From Octopus sinensis (taxonomy: Eukaryota): a stretch of DNA of 64,000 bases. Below the pieces are notes generated by a model. It ran no database searches and had not been told where the DNA came from. It was given only the letters and a program-made list of their open reading frames with translations. Where the stretch lies: the NCBI RefSeq assembly GCF_006345805.1, contig NC_043006.1, positions 71,362,001 to 71,426,000 on the forward strand. Reading direction: 5' to 3'. The position numbers and the translations under genes are program-made. Of this stretch, positions 25,924 through 38,768 are shown piece after piece. Numbering within the stretch: position 1 is the first letter of the stretch; each line of letters begins with the position of its first letter.

Positions 25924-28380
25924 TTTCACCCAAATAGTTGCTCCCTAGAAATATTATATTTTGACATCAGTAAATATCACCCAATTTCAAAACAAAAAAA
26001 AAATGAAACAAACAAAATAAAGACAACAAGGACAAATATTACACACAATAATAATAAGAATAATATTAATAATAATAATAATGATGATAATAATAAAATT
26101 AAAATAATATACTTTACATTTGAGGTGGGAACAGCCACTTGTAGAATTTTAACATTTTAAAAAGGCTTTAAAAAAAGGTGGGAGAGGTGAATAAACTAGG
26201 ATTTGAACCTAGATTCAGAACTTTCAGAATTATTTTTGTTTCTTTTTTCTTCACCAATTTAAAACAGTTTTTAAAATTGTCTTATTTTTGTTTATTTTAG
26301 TTGGTTGGTTTCAATCTTCCTTTTAGCGTTTTGCAATCCACAGGACATGACAGTTGTGTGGCATTTAGGTGAGCTCGGGTACCTTGCCCAAGACATCTGT
26401 GTGTACACAAGTCTATACATGTAAATATACTATATGCGTGTGTATGTATGTATATATATATATATATAAATGTGTGTGTACGTACATACATTTATATTTA
26501 TATTTATATATATATATATAAATGTGTGTGTATGTACATACATTGAATATGTGAAGGAGTGCGAGAGCATGTATGTGTATGTATATATATATATATATTT
26601 ATATACACACGCATACACATATATATACCTGTCTGAACATGATGTGTTAAATTGACAAAGATCTCTGTTTACAGTGGACAGGGGTGAACACAGACCCTGT
26701 CTTGTGATCAAAGGGGATCAGAAATGTCAAAATCTTTGCTCGGAAGGACAAAACAGCAACAACTTTGATCTGCCATCCTCTCAACCCAGCCATAGCAAAA
26801 GAGTATACAATAAATACATAAATATAAATATAACCTTTTTTTTTTTTTTTACCTATAGGAAACGAGAGCAGGTGGTGGGAGGAGTTCGGCAATGCTGGGT
26901 GGTGTTATTGTGTCCTTCGGAGCACTTCAGTCAGAAGAGATATATAAAAACAATTTTAAAAAATAATAATAATAATAATAATAACAACAATATTAATAAT
27001 AATAATTCAGTGTGGATTGTATAAACCAAGGTACTCAGATGTAAGCATGTGTTTACGTATGTATAGTCACATACAAGCTCATAAATTAACACACACATGC
27101 ATACGTACATATGAATATATATATGTTTATATACATAGCTATATATAATACATAGCTATATATATATATGTTTATATACATAACTATATATATATATTAT
27201 ATATATATATGTTTATATACATAGCTATATATATATTATATATATATATATATGTTTATATACATAGCTATATATATATATATATTTATATACATAGCTA
27301 TATATATGCACATGCATATATGTACATTTATATATAAATATACATATATACATAGCTATATATATGTACATTTATATATAAATATACATATATACATAGC
27401 TATATATATGCACATGCATATATGTACATTTATATATAAATATACATAATGCATATGTCTACAGCAATAAACATTACAGACACATATACATGTATGTGTT
27501 CACACATTAAAAGGATGATTGCAGAAAGGTGACCACACCAGTTGTCCTGCAGATAACTAAAGTGATTCAAGCAGTACCTGGAAAAAAAAAAACGGGGTAA
27601 CATAGGGAGTGAGTTGAGCAAGAGGAGAAGAGGGAGGAGGCGGAGGGTAAAAAGATATTATCACCATCAACACCATCATCAATCTGGAGACGTATATTTT
27701 TCCTTCTATTTTGGTAAAAAAAAAGAACAAAAAATATAAACCAAAAATACACAGAAAAATACTTTTTTTTTTCTTTGTATTACACAATTCCACACACAGC
27801 TCCCATTAAAAATGCCTGTTAAGGGATCAATTCTTTGTGGGAGCAACAGCAAGGTCCATGCTTGTTACAGCTGCTACCATCACTACCACCATCACTGCTG
27901 CCGCCAAGCCTACACAACAGCAACGTCACCAAAAGAAATGGTAGCATTGCCAAAGAGATTGGCGGCATTACCGATGATGACGAGGGCATCAGTATGGTGG
28001 TACCAATGACATTTTCCAGTGACGACTGGGGCTTGCGTGGAGATGAAAAACAAAAAAGGAGAAAATGGTCATCAGGCAACGGACAACGAAAAGAGCAGAT
28101 GTGCACTGAGGCTGGTAATAGGATTGGGTTGCAAATGCCATGCTGCTAACAATTCTCCGGGTTCTTCATTCGGTCCTTTTGTGGGAGAAGGTTGGGAGTG
28201 TTAAGGGGAAAAAAAAAACAATTCTTTTTTTAAGGGTTCATTGGTGGGGTAGGTGTTGTTCTCCCATTTTAAGTTTTTTTGTTTTGTTTTTAGAATTAAT
28301 TTTTTTTAAATATTTGTTTTGTTGTTGTAAATATCTTTGTGAAAGGAATGTCTTCCTGGTACATGTTTGATTCCTTTATG

Positions 28381-28429
<49 letters not shown>

Positions 28430-28439
28430 ATATATATAT

Positions 28440-28473
<34 letters not shown>

Positions 28474-28518
28474 CATATATAGACGAAGTAGAAGAAGAAA
28501 AAGAATTGGTCAAGGAGT

Positions 28519-28620
28519 TTACTTGACCAAGTTCCGTGACTGTTTCATCTTCTCTAACCTCTTCTGCAGGTGGCTGTTGTGGTTACGTAGTTCTTCAATC
28601 TGACTTTGGGCTTCTCGCAA
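28519..28620 (-). CDS. LRRFIP2: LRRFIP1/2-family terminal exon (LREAQSQIEELRNHNSHLQKRLEKMKQSRNLVK*)
   Basis: tattttcag acceptor on -, phase 0, TAA at 28521-28519; NSHLxKRLEKMK is the conserved LRRFIP C-terminus. Confidence 0.92.
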   Translation of the reverse strand: MREAQSQIEELRNHNSHLQKRLEKMKQSRNLVK

Positions 28621-28759
28621 CTGAAAATACACAAAAACATATATAAACATACATATAGTGACTTAGATATATATATACACACACACATACTTACTTGGAA
28701 AAGGATGCTTGGCATTCGATCATATAATAATATAAATAATATATAAATATATACATATA

Positions 28760-29170
28760 TATACATACCTACATCTATATGTATATATACATACATAAAT
28801 GGGTACAGGACATCAAAAAAAACGTTGAACACAATGAGAAACAAAAATATGGAAACGAACTTTTTTTTCAAACAATGAAAAAACAGAGTACAAGACATAC
28901 AACACAAGGAATATTCCCCTTCTTCAGTTGTCCCTGTTTTGTCTACTCCACGTTTCAAAGGTAAGGAAAAGACGCAACTTCATTGAAACAGTCCTTCCCG
29001 CAAAGCAAATTAAATAAAATTTGGGATTTTTTGGGTAAAAGTGGTAACAAGAACAGAACAGTAATAACAAAACAATAACAGTAAAAACAAACGATGAGGG
29101 CTGTTAAGCCAAGACGATGGAAAAATTATTCTGAATGCTTGAGGAGACAGCTTATGAGAGAGACAGGATA
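28760..29170 (-). mobile_element. Second copy of the 5557-5995 dispersed repeat, in the last LRRFIP intron
   Basis: Visible similarity to 5500-5950, including the catacctacat...gtatatatacat head. Confidence 0.6.
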
Positions 29171-30057
29171 AGTGGTTTGGTCTTGGTGAAGATAGCAGTT
29201 GGAAAGATGGCTTCCCTCTGATCACGTGTCAGTGATGAGAGAGTTGAGGAGGAGTAAGAGAGAGGGAACAGTGAAGGGGAGAGGAGAAGGGTGAGAGAGA
29301 AAAACAAAGGATGAAGAACAAGAGAGGTTAGCATTCAAAAGGGCATCCAGCTGTAGAAACCACAGACAACTGGAGGCTGGTGAAGCTCTGCAGCTCCTGT
29401 TGAACCATCCAACCCATGCCAGCATGGACAGCAGATGTTAAATGATGATTATTTTTCTGAAGGAAGAGACAGCTGTGACTATCAACAGGAATTATCAAAG
29501 AGAGGGAAGGAGGTAGATGGACTTATATATATATACATATACTGTTAAAACACAGTTGTTATAGAAACAAGGTGGTGGTGGTGTTATGATGGTTGTGTGA
29601 TCAAGATACTGTAACAGACGTAGCTATAGCTGTAGAAGTGTGACACCATAGCCGCTGGACAGAGGTCATCGCAATAGTAGAATGACAGAGGGAGCCACAA
29701 TAACAGTGTGACAGTGATAGCCACAAATGAAAAGCTTCAGCTCCAATGTGAGTGGCAGCCACAGGTGAAGTGGGAGTTGTTTAACCCTAGGTCAACCCTG
29801 TTTTGATCATCCCATCTTTTTTTCCTGTACCCAAGAGTGTGTTATCTGTGTCCTTTTTTTTTAAGATGGCAAAGAGTGATTTAAAAGAGATTAGCTGCTA
29901 TTTCTAAAAGGTTGAATAGCAACTTAGAGGCTCCCCAGTTGGCTGTGATAGGCCACAGGTGCAGTGTTAGTAGCAGTTATAGGAAAGGTGAGGTGAGTGC
30001 AATGTCAAGTGTAGTGAAAAAATGATTAGCCACAGGTGAAATGTCAGAGATATTTAC

Positions 30058-30162
30058 CTCGCGTACAAGTTTCCTCTTTTCCTGCTTCAGTTCATCTTCC
30101 AACTTTTCAGAATCCTCTGCATCACTTTTATATCGTCTCACCTGAGAGTCAAGTCTGTTTAC
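30058..30162 (-). CDS. LRRFIP2: LRRFIP exon (VNRLDSQVRRYKSDAEDSEKLEDELKQEKRKLVRE)
   Basis: tctttcag / gag|gtaaat; 105 nt, phase 0-0; matches LRRFIP RLExQVxRYK...EKxEDELKxEKRKL. Confidence 0.93.
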
Positions 30163-31310
30163 CTGAAAGACAAATTATTACAGCATTAATTTCAAGTAAC
30201 CCATTTAGAAATACAACAACTTAATCCTAATATAAGCTGCAACACATAAAGGCAGTGTTTAGCTATAAGACATAATTAATCCTAGTAGTCAGACATAACT
30301 AATCCCAGTATTGAGCTACAAGACTTAACTAATCCTTGTACTCAGCTACAAGAAAATTAATTCCAGTGTCAAAAAAAAAACCTTACAGATGTGTATGAAA
30401 TAATCTTTAGGTTCTTAAGTGCACCAGATTTTCTAACATAGTTGGATCGGTGAGAATTCAAACCCCAACCACAAGATATCCAGTTAGGAGTCACAAGTGA
30501 GTCACCATAATTTCAAGTGATCGATCTATAATTTGAGCAATCAGTATAAAGCTGTGGCATAACATGGCTCCTTGGATGATCAAAAATTCACTCATTTTTC
30601 ATCCTATAAAAACTGCTTGGCGCATAACTCAGCCAGAGAGCTTCGGCAGATGGCCTTGAGCATTCAAACAGACTGCCAAGATCTGACCACCTTGGGCACT
30701 TAAATAGATCACCTCAAACAAAAAATGCCTTCAAACACTCATGATGTACCACAGCACAGTTCTCTCCTGCTAGTCAGAGGTTATATTATATCTACATCTT
30801 TCTTTTATAAACAGCCAACGCAGTAAATCATGTCCAGCAATAAACATGTTAAAATTTAATAGTTTGCGAGTCACCTTGTTTATCATACATGCAGCCAGCT
30901 AGACTACAATACAACACACTCTAGCAAGCAATCATGCAACATTAGTGATAAGCATCTTTGTGACAGGCCCTTACATCTGAGAAGTTGTACCTTATAAAAA
31001 TAACAGGATACAGTAGCAAAAAGGATCACTTTAACTACTGTTAAAGCATACAGCTTCTGATATTCAAAACTATATTCCTAACCATGTCAGGACATACACT
31101 ACTGTTTCTTGTAACAGTAAAGACTTTGAGAATTCAGAACCTTTCAGGTGATAGATCGCCAAAACCTTAAACATGACAAACAAGTTTACAGATGTAACAA
31201 GTACCCCACAAGCCACAGGTCACCAGCTGTAACAAATACCTGCACAGTACCACACAAACCTGTAGGTCTTCAACTGAGACAAGGGCCCCACTGAAGCAAG
31301 CAATACTTAC

Positions 31311-31390
31311 TGATCCCTCCAATGTAGCAATGTCCTGTTCGGCTTTCTGTAGTTTTAGTTTGTATTCATGAATCTGTTTGCTAGCTTCTC
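31311..31390 (-). CDS. LRRFIP2: LRRFIP exon ((R)EASKQIHEYKLKLQKAEQDIATLEGS)
   Basis: ttttttgcag / tca|gtaagt; 80 nt, phase 1-0; EYKxKLxKAEQDIxTLE motif. Confidence 0.93.
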
Positions 31391-32449
31391 CTGCAAAAAA
31401 TAAAGACAGATGCATTGTAGTGGTGAGCACCAATAATTTCAATTATTTCTTGCATATAAACTACGATGTACATGAAACATGCAGACAAAATATGCTCAGT
31501 AAATGTAGAGGATTACATACATTGTGTGTATGTCTATGATAGTGAAACAAGGACAATGAATAGAGAGGGTTCTGTGTAGTGTGATGTATGGAGGTAAAAT
31601 ATGAAGAGCCTATGTAGAAGACTGTGTTGGGTATATATATGATGGTGTTTATGGTAGTGAATATACAGGACACTACATGGTGTGCAAAAGCTGTGTATTG
31701 GGTATGGTAATGAAACATGGAGAGTGACTGTAGAGGGCTACATGTGGAGTGCATAAGGTGTGGCGGTATAGGGTAGTGAAACATGGACAATATATGCAGA
31801 GGATTTCCAGTGATTAGAGAGAGAAGATTGAGTTTGGTTTATTAAATGTATAATATAACTAGACAAGTTGAACAAAAGTCAGTGAGAGAGAGAGAGAGAG
31901 AGAGTATCAAGGGAAGATAATTAGGATTGTCTTGACAAATAAAAATGGTAAAGCTATTAAAATTGACATTACAGGATTCTGAGCTGGCTGAATTTAAACT
32001 TTTGTTCTGAAAATGGCAGAACTTAAATTCTTCTTTTTTAATTCTCATCATATTTAATACATCTAAAAAAAAATTCCCTGTGGATTTTATATATATAATA
32101 ATAATAATATTTAATTTATATATATATAATTTAAGGTGTATTCCATTTGGAACGTATTAGAGTACAAAATAGAGCTCATTCACCCTTAGAATTACTAAAT
32201 AGCCAGTAATATTCCAAGTCTAGGCTTAGGCATTCATCCTGTGTATATGTGGATCTATGTTGTATCAAAACGTGTGTAGTGTTTATTAAATAGCTGTCTA
32301 AACCTACTCCTTCCTGTTGACTCTATTCAATTTTCATATATATATATATATATATAATATATATATATAAGGTGGATTAATCATTTTACATACTTGTCTA
32401 GGTCAGATGAGATTCTCTAGCACAGAGTCACACTACTGTTGCAGTCATT

Positions 32450-32990
32450 TATCATTTGCTTTTGTTAGAGAAATCTCCTGAGATTTATTTTAACCACTTC
32501 TTCCCATGTCTTTCCACTTGGATCACTTGGCTCTGTCACATGTACAATCAAATGTCCAAACTGATTCAATCTTCTCTCTCTTACACACAACATCTCATTC
32601 CTCTAATGCTCATTTGTGCTCAGTTGTTCATGTCCATTAAGATCACGGATCCAGTGAAGAATGTCCACCTCATTTATTCCAATCTTCACCCATCTTCCTC
32701 AGTCAATTTCCATATTTTTCTACCAAGCAACATCACAATCCACCCTTTACGAACAACAGAGAGAACTTCTTTGTTGCCAACAAAAGAAATAGGACCCTGA
32801 ACTTTTCCCATTCCATTCTTACTCTGGTTACTATACTTTCAAAGCATCCACTTATATTACTAATTAGGTTACCTTGGTAACTGAAACCGTCAATTATTTT
32901 CTAGGGTATGTTCCAAGCATTTAATGGAATTCATATCACAGGTGCTCTTATAGCTAACAGTTCCTGTTCACAAACTACATACAAAGTCAT
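32450..32990 (-). mobile_element. Decayed RTE-like LINE reverse transcriptase fragment
   Basis: Degenerate similarity to the C-terminal RT region (RVRMxWxKF-like); multiple stops. Confidence 0.4.
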
Positions 32991-33588
32991 CTTCTAAGTG
33001 ATCTAGTCAGTGATACCCATTCTTGGTTTGTGTACTCTTCATTTACATGTGGGTACATTATTTAGAATTCTTACCTACACCTTTAATGCAGATCAAGCAG
33101 AACCACTTTTCCAAACACATTCTAGGTTTACTTTAAGGCCTTTCAATGCTAGATGACAGCCTGTGATAAGCAGGTGACACTGAAACCTGTCCAGCCCATA
33201 CCAGGATGGTAAAAACAGATGTAAAATAATAATGAACATAAAAATATGTGCGTGTGCATGCATGCATGTGTGTGTGTGTGTATTCGACGACTTGATGACC
33301 TCACTAGTGGTGCCAATAGCATGTAAAAAGTACCCATACACATTGTGAAGTGGTTGACATTAGGAAGAGTGTCCAGTTGTAGAAACTATACAAAAATAGA
33401 CACTGGAGCTTAAAGCAGCCTTCCAGCTAACTGGACCCTGTCAAACCATCTGACCCATGCCAGTACTGGAAAAACAGATATAAAATGATATAATCATAAA
33501 AATATACATACATATATACAAGTAGAGTTAAGTTAAATAAAACACAGGATGGTCTGGACTGACCTAGGGCCAAACAACAAAAACTTAC

Positions 33589-33697
33589 TTTGTATTTCAT
33601 AGAGTTGCATTTCTGGACCGTTTGCTTCTATCATTTGGTGATTGTCAACATTTTTCTTTGAACGTTCTTCTTCTAGGTTCTGAGTCAACTTCTTAAC
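33589..33697 (-). CDS. LRRFIP2: LRRFIP exon (VKKLTQNLEEERSKKNVDNHQMIEANGPEMQLYEIQ)
   Basis: tttttaaacag / a|gtaagt; 109 nt, phase 0-1; KLxxxLEEER...NG...EIQR matches LRRFIP. Confidence 0.9.
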
Positions 33698-33859
33698 CTG
33701 TTTAAAAACAAGAAATGCAGGTGAGAGTAAGAAACATTAACAAAAATGATAAAGACACTTGCCTAAATTTGATGCCTTCCCCTGCTCTCTTTCTCACAAT
33801 TGAACAGGCCATCATCTTTCAAACTATTTCTAAGTCCACAACACATTTATATCACTTGT

Positions 33860-34088
33860 TTAACCCTTTCATTACCATATTTATTTTGAGGTGCTCTGTG
33901 TTTCTTACAATTATTTTAAATACAACAAAGAATTAAGGAAAATAACTTAGTTATCATTAAGCTAGTGTTAAGAACATAAATTGTGACTAAGGTTTGGTGG
34001 AAGATTTTAATTCAAGACTTACGAAAACAGGACATTTGTACTACAGAACCAGAACTGGTTTCAGCTGGAGTGGTATTGAAAGGGTTAA
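33860..34088 (+). mobile_element. piggyBac-like MITE, family 2
   Basis: ttaaccctttc...gaaagggttaa TIRs with TTAA target sites. Confidence 0.75.
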
Positions 34089-35294
34089 TTGCTTACTTCA
34101 ACATCTGTTTCACAAGTCTTAGGATTTACATATTATGATCAAAATAACAAAAAATATAAGCAGATGGAAGTGGGAAGCAAAAACCCACCCGTTGTAAATT
34201 CTAATAGTCTTCCATTCAAAATAATCAACTCAAATCCCATTCCCTTATATTTAACAAGATTTTACTAGTATGTACTACTGGCATTGTATGTTATTGAGGT
34301 AACTACAGTGTGTTAATGAAGTCAGTCTTGTGTGTGTTAACTGAGGTAACTCTAGTGTGTTAATGAGGTGACTTAACCCTCTAGTATTCAAACAGGCCAT
34401 ATCTTGCCCAAATATTCTACCTGTTTTATGCTCAAATTGGCTAGATCTGGCCTCTCACACCTACCCTACAATGTCAGTCTAAAAATATACAACCACATCA
34501 TTAAAATTTCAAAGCTACAAGATAATGCACGATTAATTGAAAACATGTGAATAAATAGGCATTACATTTAGCTGAGCAATCTGAACACTAATGAGTTTAG
34601 GCATATTATTGCCAGATGTCTTTGGTATGTTTCTGCTGTTAGCAATTAAGTAATGGAGATGGGGTTGTGTGCAGGTTAATTAAATTTCAGCTTATAATTT
34701 GTAGGGCAGCCTTGATATACTAACTTCACAATCTGCTAAAAGGTAACCCCACATAACCTACTAAACTATAAAACCTGACATGACCACCAAACTACAAACT
34801 CCAAACTACCCTACAAACTATAAATCTCACTCCATCCAATGAACTCAGCTCATTCTGTCCTCACCAACTGTTGCTCTGTGACATGCGTAAAGTTAACTGT
34901 TCCACGAGCCACAAAAAATAGTGTTCTGATGTTTGACTCTGGTCAGCAGATGTCATGTAAATTTCTTCTCTTCCAACTTTAGCTGCCAACCTATTGTACG
35001 TCCATGTATCCCCTATGTCTTTATTGTTAAACAGAGCAAACACAAATTTTCCCTTGGTCAAGCAACCCAGAAATATGTGAAAAGAGAAAAAGCTCTCCTG
35101 GTTTAGTTGCTAGTCTACAGCAAATAGCACTTCCAGAAAAATCCTCTGTGTCTCTGTATAGAACACCAGCAGTCTTATGGAGATTTAGTGGTTCAAAAGT
35201 CTGATTAACACCCTACTCCCTTAGTCCAATATATCTCTCCATCTTCCAATATAAAGTGGAAGAAATAGGGGACCAAGTTATCAATGATACATAC

Positions 35295-35341
35295 CTCTTC
35301 TTTTAATAATTTGTTCTCTTCCAAAATAGCAGCATTTTCCC
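35295..35341 (-). CDS. LRRFIP2: LRRFIP short coiled-coil exon ((G)ENAAILEENKLLKEE)
   Basis: ttttttctcaatttcag / gag|gtatgt; 47 nt, phase 1-0, in frame with next exon; heptad-like sequence. Confidence 0.75.
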
Positions 35342-36710
35342 CTGAAATTGAGAAAAAAACCCACTTCAAATTACTTTTGTGTCTCAGGTTGATTTTTTCA
35401 CAGCAATAACAGAAGCAGCAAACAACACCAACAACATCCAAACACAAATAAGCATCAAATTTTTGGTTAGTCAACAATTGCAGGATAACTAAAAGTAAAA
35501 TCTAAATAATGATTTTGTTTCTAAATATCTACCTTTTCTTCACTAATTACTCTTTCATAACTTTGTTTAGTCATGGCTTCTTCTTTTTTTTTTTACTTGT
35601 CAATTCTATATCTCACCTTCAACTCCATTTATCTAAACTATGGGTACATTTAAGATAAACACTGCATACATTCAACCAATGGCACTTGTGATGCCATATG
35701 TAACTTAAAATGTTTTACTTTCAGTAAACATTTAACTAAAACAATTACAAGAAAAGAAAACTAATTTGCATCATGTGTGTGTGTGTGCATGCTTAAGAAA
35801 AAGATCTACAGCAATTAATAGATGCTGCATCATCATCAAGGATTAATTTCCATCTACAGTAATGCTTCAATATACAAGTTAATTTGTTTCCAGAGATTGC
35901 TCGTAAAGCAGAGCAATAATTTCCCATAGTAGCAATGAAATTTTATGCCGTCATTTCACTCCATTGCTGTGTAGACGCATCAGAACCAGTGTTGCTACAT
36001 GTTGTGACATTGCAACACACACAAAATGGCTGTTTAACCTTTTTATATTCATTATAAATTTCATAAACTCGAGGTCTTATAAAGTGTGCCCCCATAAAGT
36101 GAAGTATTACTGGAGTTTGTTTCAGCTAAGTTAACTTGACACAGTCCAGTTCTCTGTAGGCTGTTGACAACGGCTGAAAATCACTGATACTAGAAGCAAA
36201 TGAAGTGTCTAACCTGTAGGACCCAGTAATTTAGCACTACCTTAAAGCATGTGTGTATTAACACACACACACGCATATATATATATATATATACACATCT
36301 ATGTCACATATCTAAACATAAACAAACTAGTCCAAAGAAACCAGAAACCTGCATTAATTGTTTCACAGAATTCCTAGAATAAGCTAAGTTGGTGACCACA
36401 CCAATCTTATTTTACAAATTGTGTGTGTGTGGTCAAGTTGGTTATTGGCTTTCAGTCCACATGTTGTGATGAACTGTAAGATCATCAAATTAATACATTT
36501 TAGAATGAAGACTGAGTAAAACAATCCAGTAAAGTAAAGAGGTTTTTTTTCTTTTGCTGATGTTGGTAATGGTGTCAGGTTTGGCTTCAGAGAAGTTTTA
36601 GAGATAAACTGGATATAGAATCTTGTCAAGCCAAAACTTGGATATACAATGCCATATTTAACTCTGATCCTAAAATTACTTCTGATTTGGAGTACAGAGA
36701 AAATATTGTT

Positions 36711-37460
36711 CACAGACATGCAACACCTGAAGTTGCTTGTAAAAGCCAGACATGGTACAGCTAAAGCTGCTTGTAACTCGGACATGTCACTTCTAAAGTT
36801 GCTTGTAACAGACAAATATGTTGCACCTGAAGTTGCTTATAATAGACACTTACTACACCTAAAGTTGCTTGTAATGGACATATCATGCCTGAAGTTACTT
36901 GTAACAGAAACCATATCACATTAAGTTGCTTGTAATAGACATGTTGCATCTAAAGTTGCTTGTAACAGACATACATGTCACATCTAAAGTTGCTTGAATC
37001 ATACAGGTCATACCTGAAATTTCTTATTGCTGATATGTCATACTTGAAGTTGCTTATTACAGACAATATTATAGCACCTTAACCCCACCTCCCTCAGCAG
37101 TATGCAAATAAAACTCTCACAACTGCATCAAGTCCTAGATCTTATTCTATCTTTTCCTGTGAAATACATCCTTAACATAGCAAAGATTGTTGCTGAAAGT
37201 TGCTTGTTACAGACAGACATGTCACACCTGAAGTAGCGAGTTACAGACATGTCACATCTGAAGCTTTTGTTAACAAATACATCACACTTGAAGTTGCTCA
37301 TTGCACTGACATAAATAAAGCTGTGAAGACACATCACACAAGAAATTGCTTGTTACAGACATGTCACATGGAAGTTGCTTGGTAAATATGTTACACCCAA
37401 ATGTGCTTGTTACACATGACATGCTCAAAGTTGCTTGTGACATAAACGTTACACCCAATG
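36711..37460. repeat. 30-bp minisatellite (continues at 38260-38410)
   Basis: Unit acagacatgtcacacctgaagttgcttgta. Confidence 0.85.
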
Positions 37461-37479
37461 CTTTGTTGTTGGTCAGAGC

Positions 37480-38150
37480 TGATTCAATCTGATCTGGTCT
37501 GGAGAAAAAGAGCTGTAATCCTGGCCTTTAAAGTTGAGAAATACCTGCTTACTCTGAGAAAGGCTGGTCTTCGAGATGCTGTCATTACTATGTAAAGGAT
37601 GTGATCCACATTAAGGGTGAAGTTTGGTATTTGCAGCAATTATTAGAGTTTTACTTCCATGATGCTCAGATTCAAGAATGGGCTTAGAGGAGGGAGTGGA
37701 ATACAATGTTTTCTTGATATTTACAATGGCTGTGTGATGGAAGTGCAGTCTTTCATAAATTGCACTTTTGTAGTATGAAACCATAGATCCAAGAGACAAA
37801 AGATGGATGGAGTCCATAGGCAGGTATTTTTGCCATGAAATTTATATACTGGGCACAGTCAAAAGCTTTGCTGATGCTGAGAGCAACAACGGTGCTTTTA
37901 TGATATTTCTCAAGGATAAGAGTTCACTAGTATAAGTAACACAGAAGAGTAGGTCTTGAGTAAATCTGGCTTTACAAAAGTCATACTGATGGTCATTAAG
38001 GAAGGTGAGAGATTCAAGTTGTAGTTGTAGAATGTTCTTGGTGGCTGTCACCATCACCTTCTAAAAGTGGGGAGTACAATAGAAAGATAGTTAACAGTGT
38101 CAGAAGATTGGGACACATTACAGTATGATTTCAAAGATCAGGACATACTG
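37480..38150 (-). mobile_element. Decayed CR1/Jockey-group LINE RT fragment
   Basis: LNDHQYDFCKARFTQDLL (cf. LxDxQYGFRxxRSTxDLL) and an ISKAFD motif in an adjacent frame. Confidence 0.55.
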
Positions 38151-38731
38151 CTAGAAAGAGGGGGGGAAAGAGGAGTAGAGAAAGGGAAGGAGAGAGAGAG
38201 TGGGGAAAGAATTTGGTGAGAGTAAGGGCATATTGTTTGAGAGAAACAGAAGGGTTATTACAGACATGTGACACACCCAAAGTTGCTTGTTATAAGCATG
38301 TCACACCTGAAGTTGTTTGTTACAGATATGTCACACCTGAAGTTGTTTGTTACAGGCACGTAACACCTGAAGTTGTTTGCTATAGACAAAGACACTTGTA
38401 ATAAACATGTCTCAAATTATCACATTTGTTAATAAGTCACAGAGAAAATTGTTAGATAACCATTAAATTAGAGTGAAAATAGATTAATTACAAGTAATTA
38501 TATAATCTGACAATTATATAATTTTGTAATTATCAGTCAGATTGAAGTTATTAGTTACATCTTAGTCACAACAAAAAAAGGACTATTAGGGTCAAGATAA
38601 AACCAAGAAACTTTTAGTTAGAATGACAATTTGGGAATTTAAGGAGTCTACACATGAGTGAAATGTATGTATGTATATATATATACACACATACATACAT
38701 ACAGAAATTATACATATACATACATAAATAT

Positions 38732-38768
<37 letters not shown>

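Noticed and set aside
27812-28204. GC-richer ORFs and a minus-strand CTGATGA near 28070
   Set aside because: Lies in the probable LRRFIP 3' UTR; no recognisable protein or splice context, and no stems I/II for a hammerhead.
34865-34990. Possible LRRFIP exon with gtgagg donor
   Set aside because: The open frame is phase 2-2, incompatible with the phase-0 junction between 35295 and 33697; no family similarity.
36384-36949. ORFs with repeated LKLLV / TSNFR peptides
   Set aside because: Translations of the 30-bp minisatellite.
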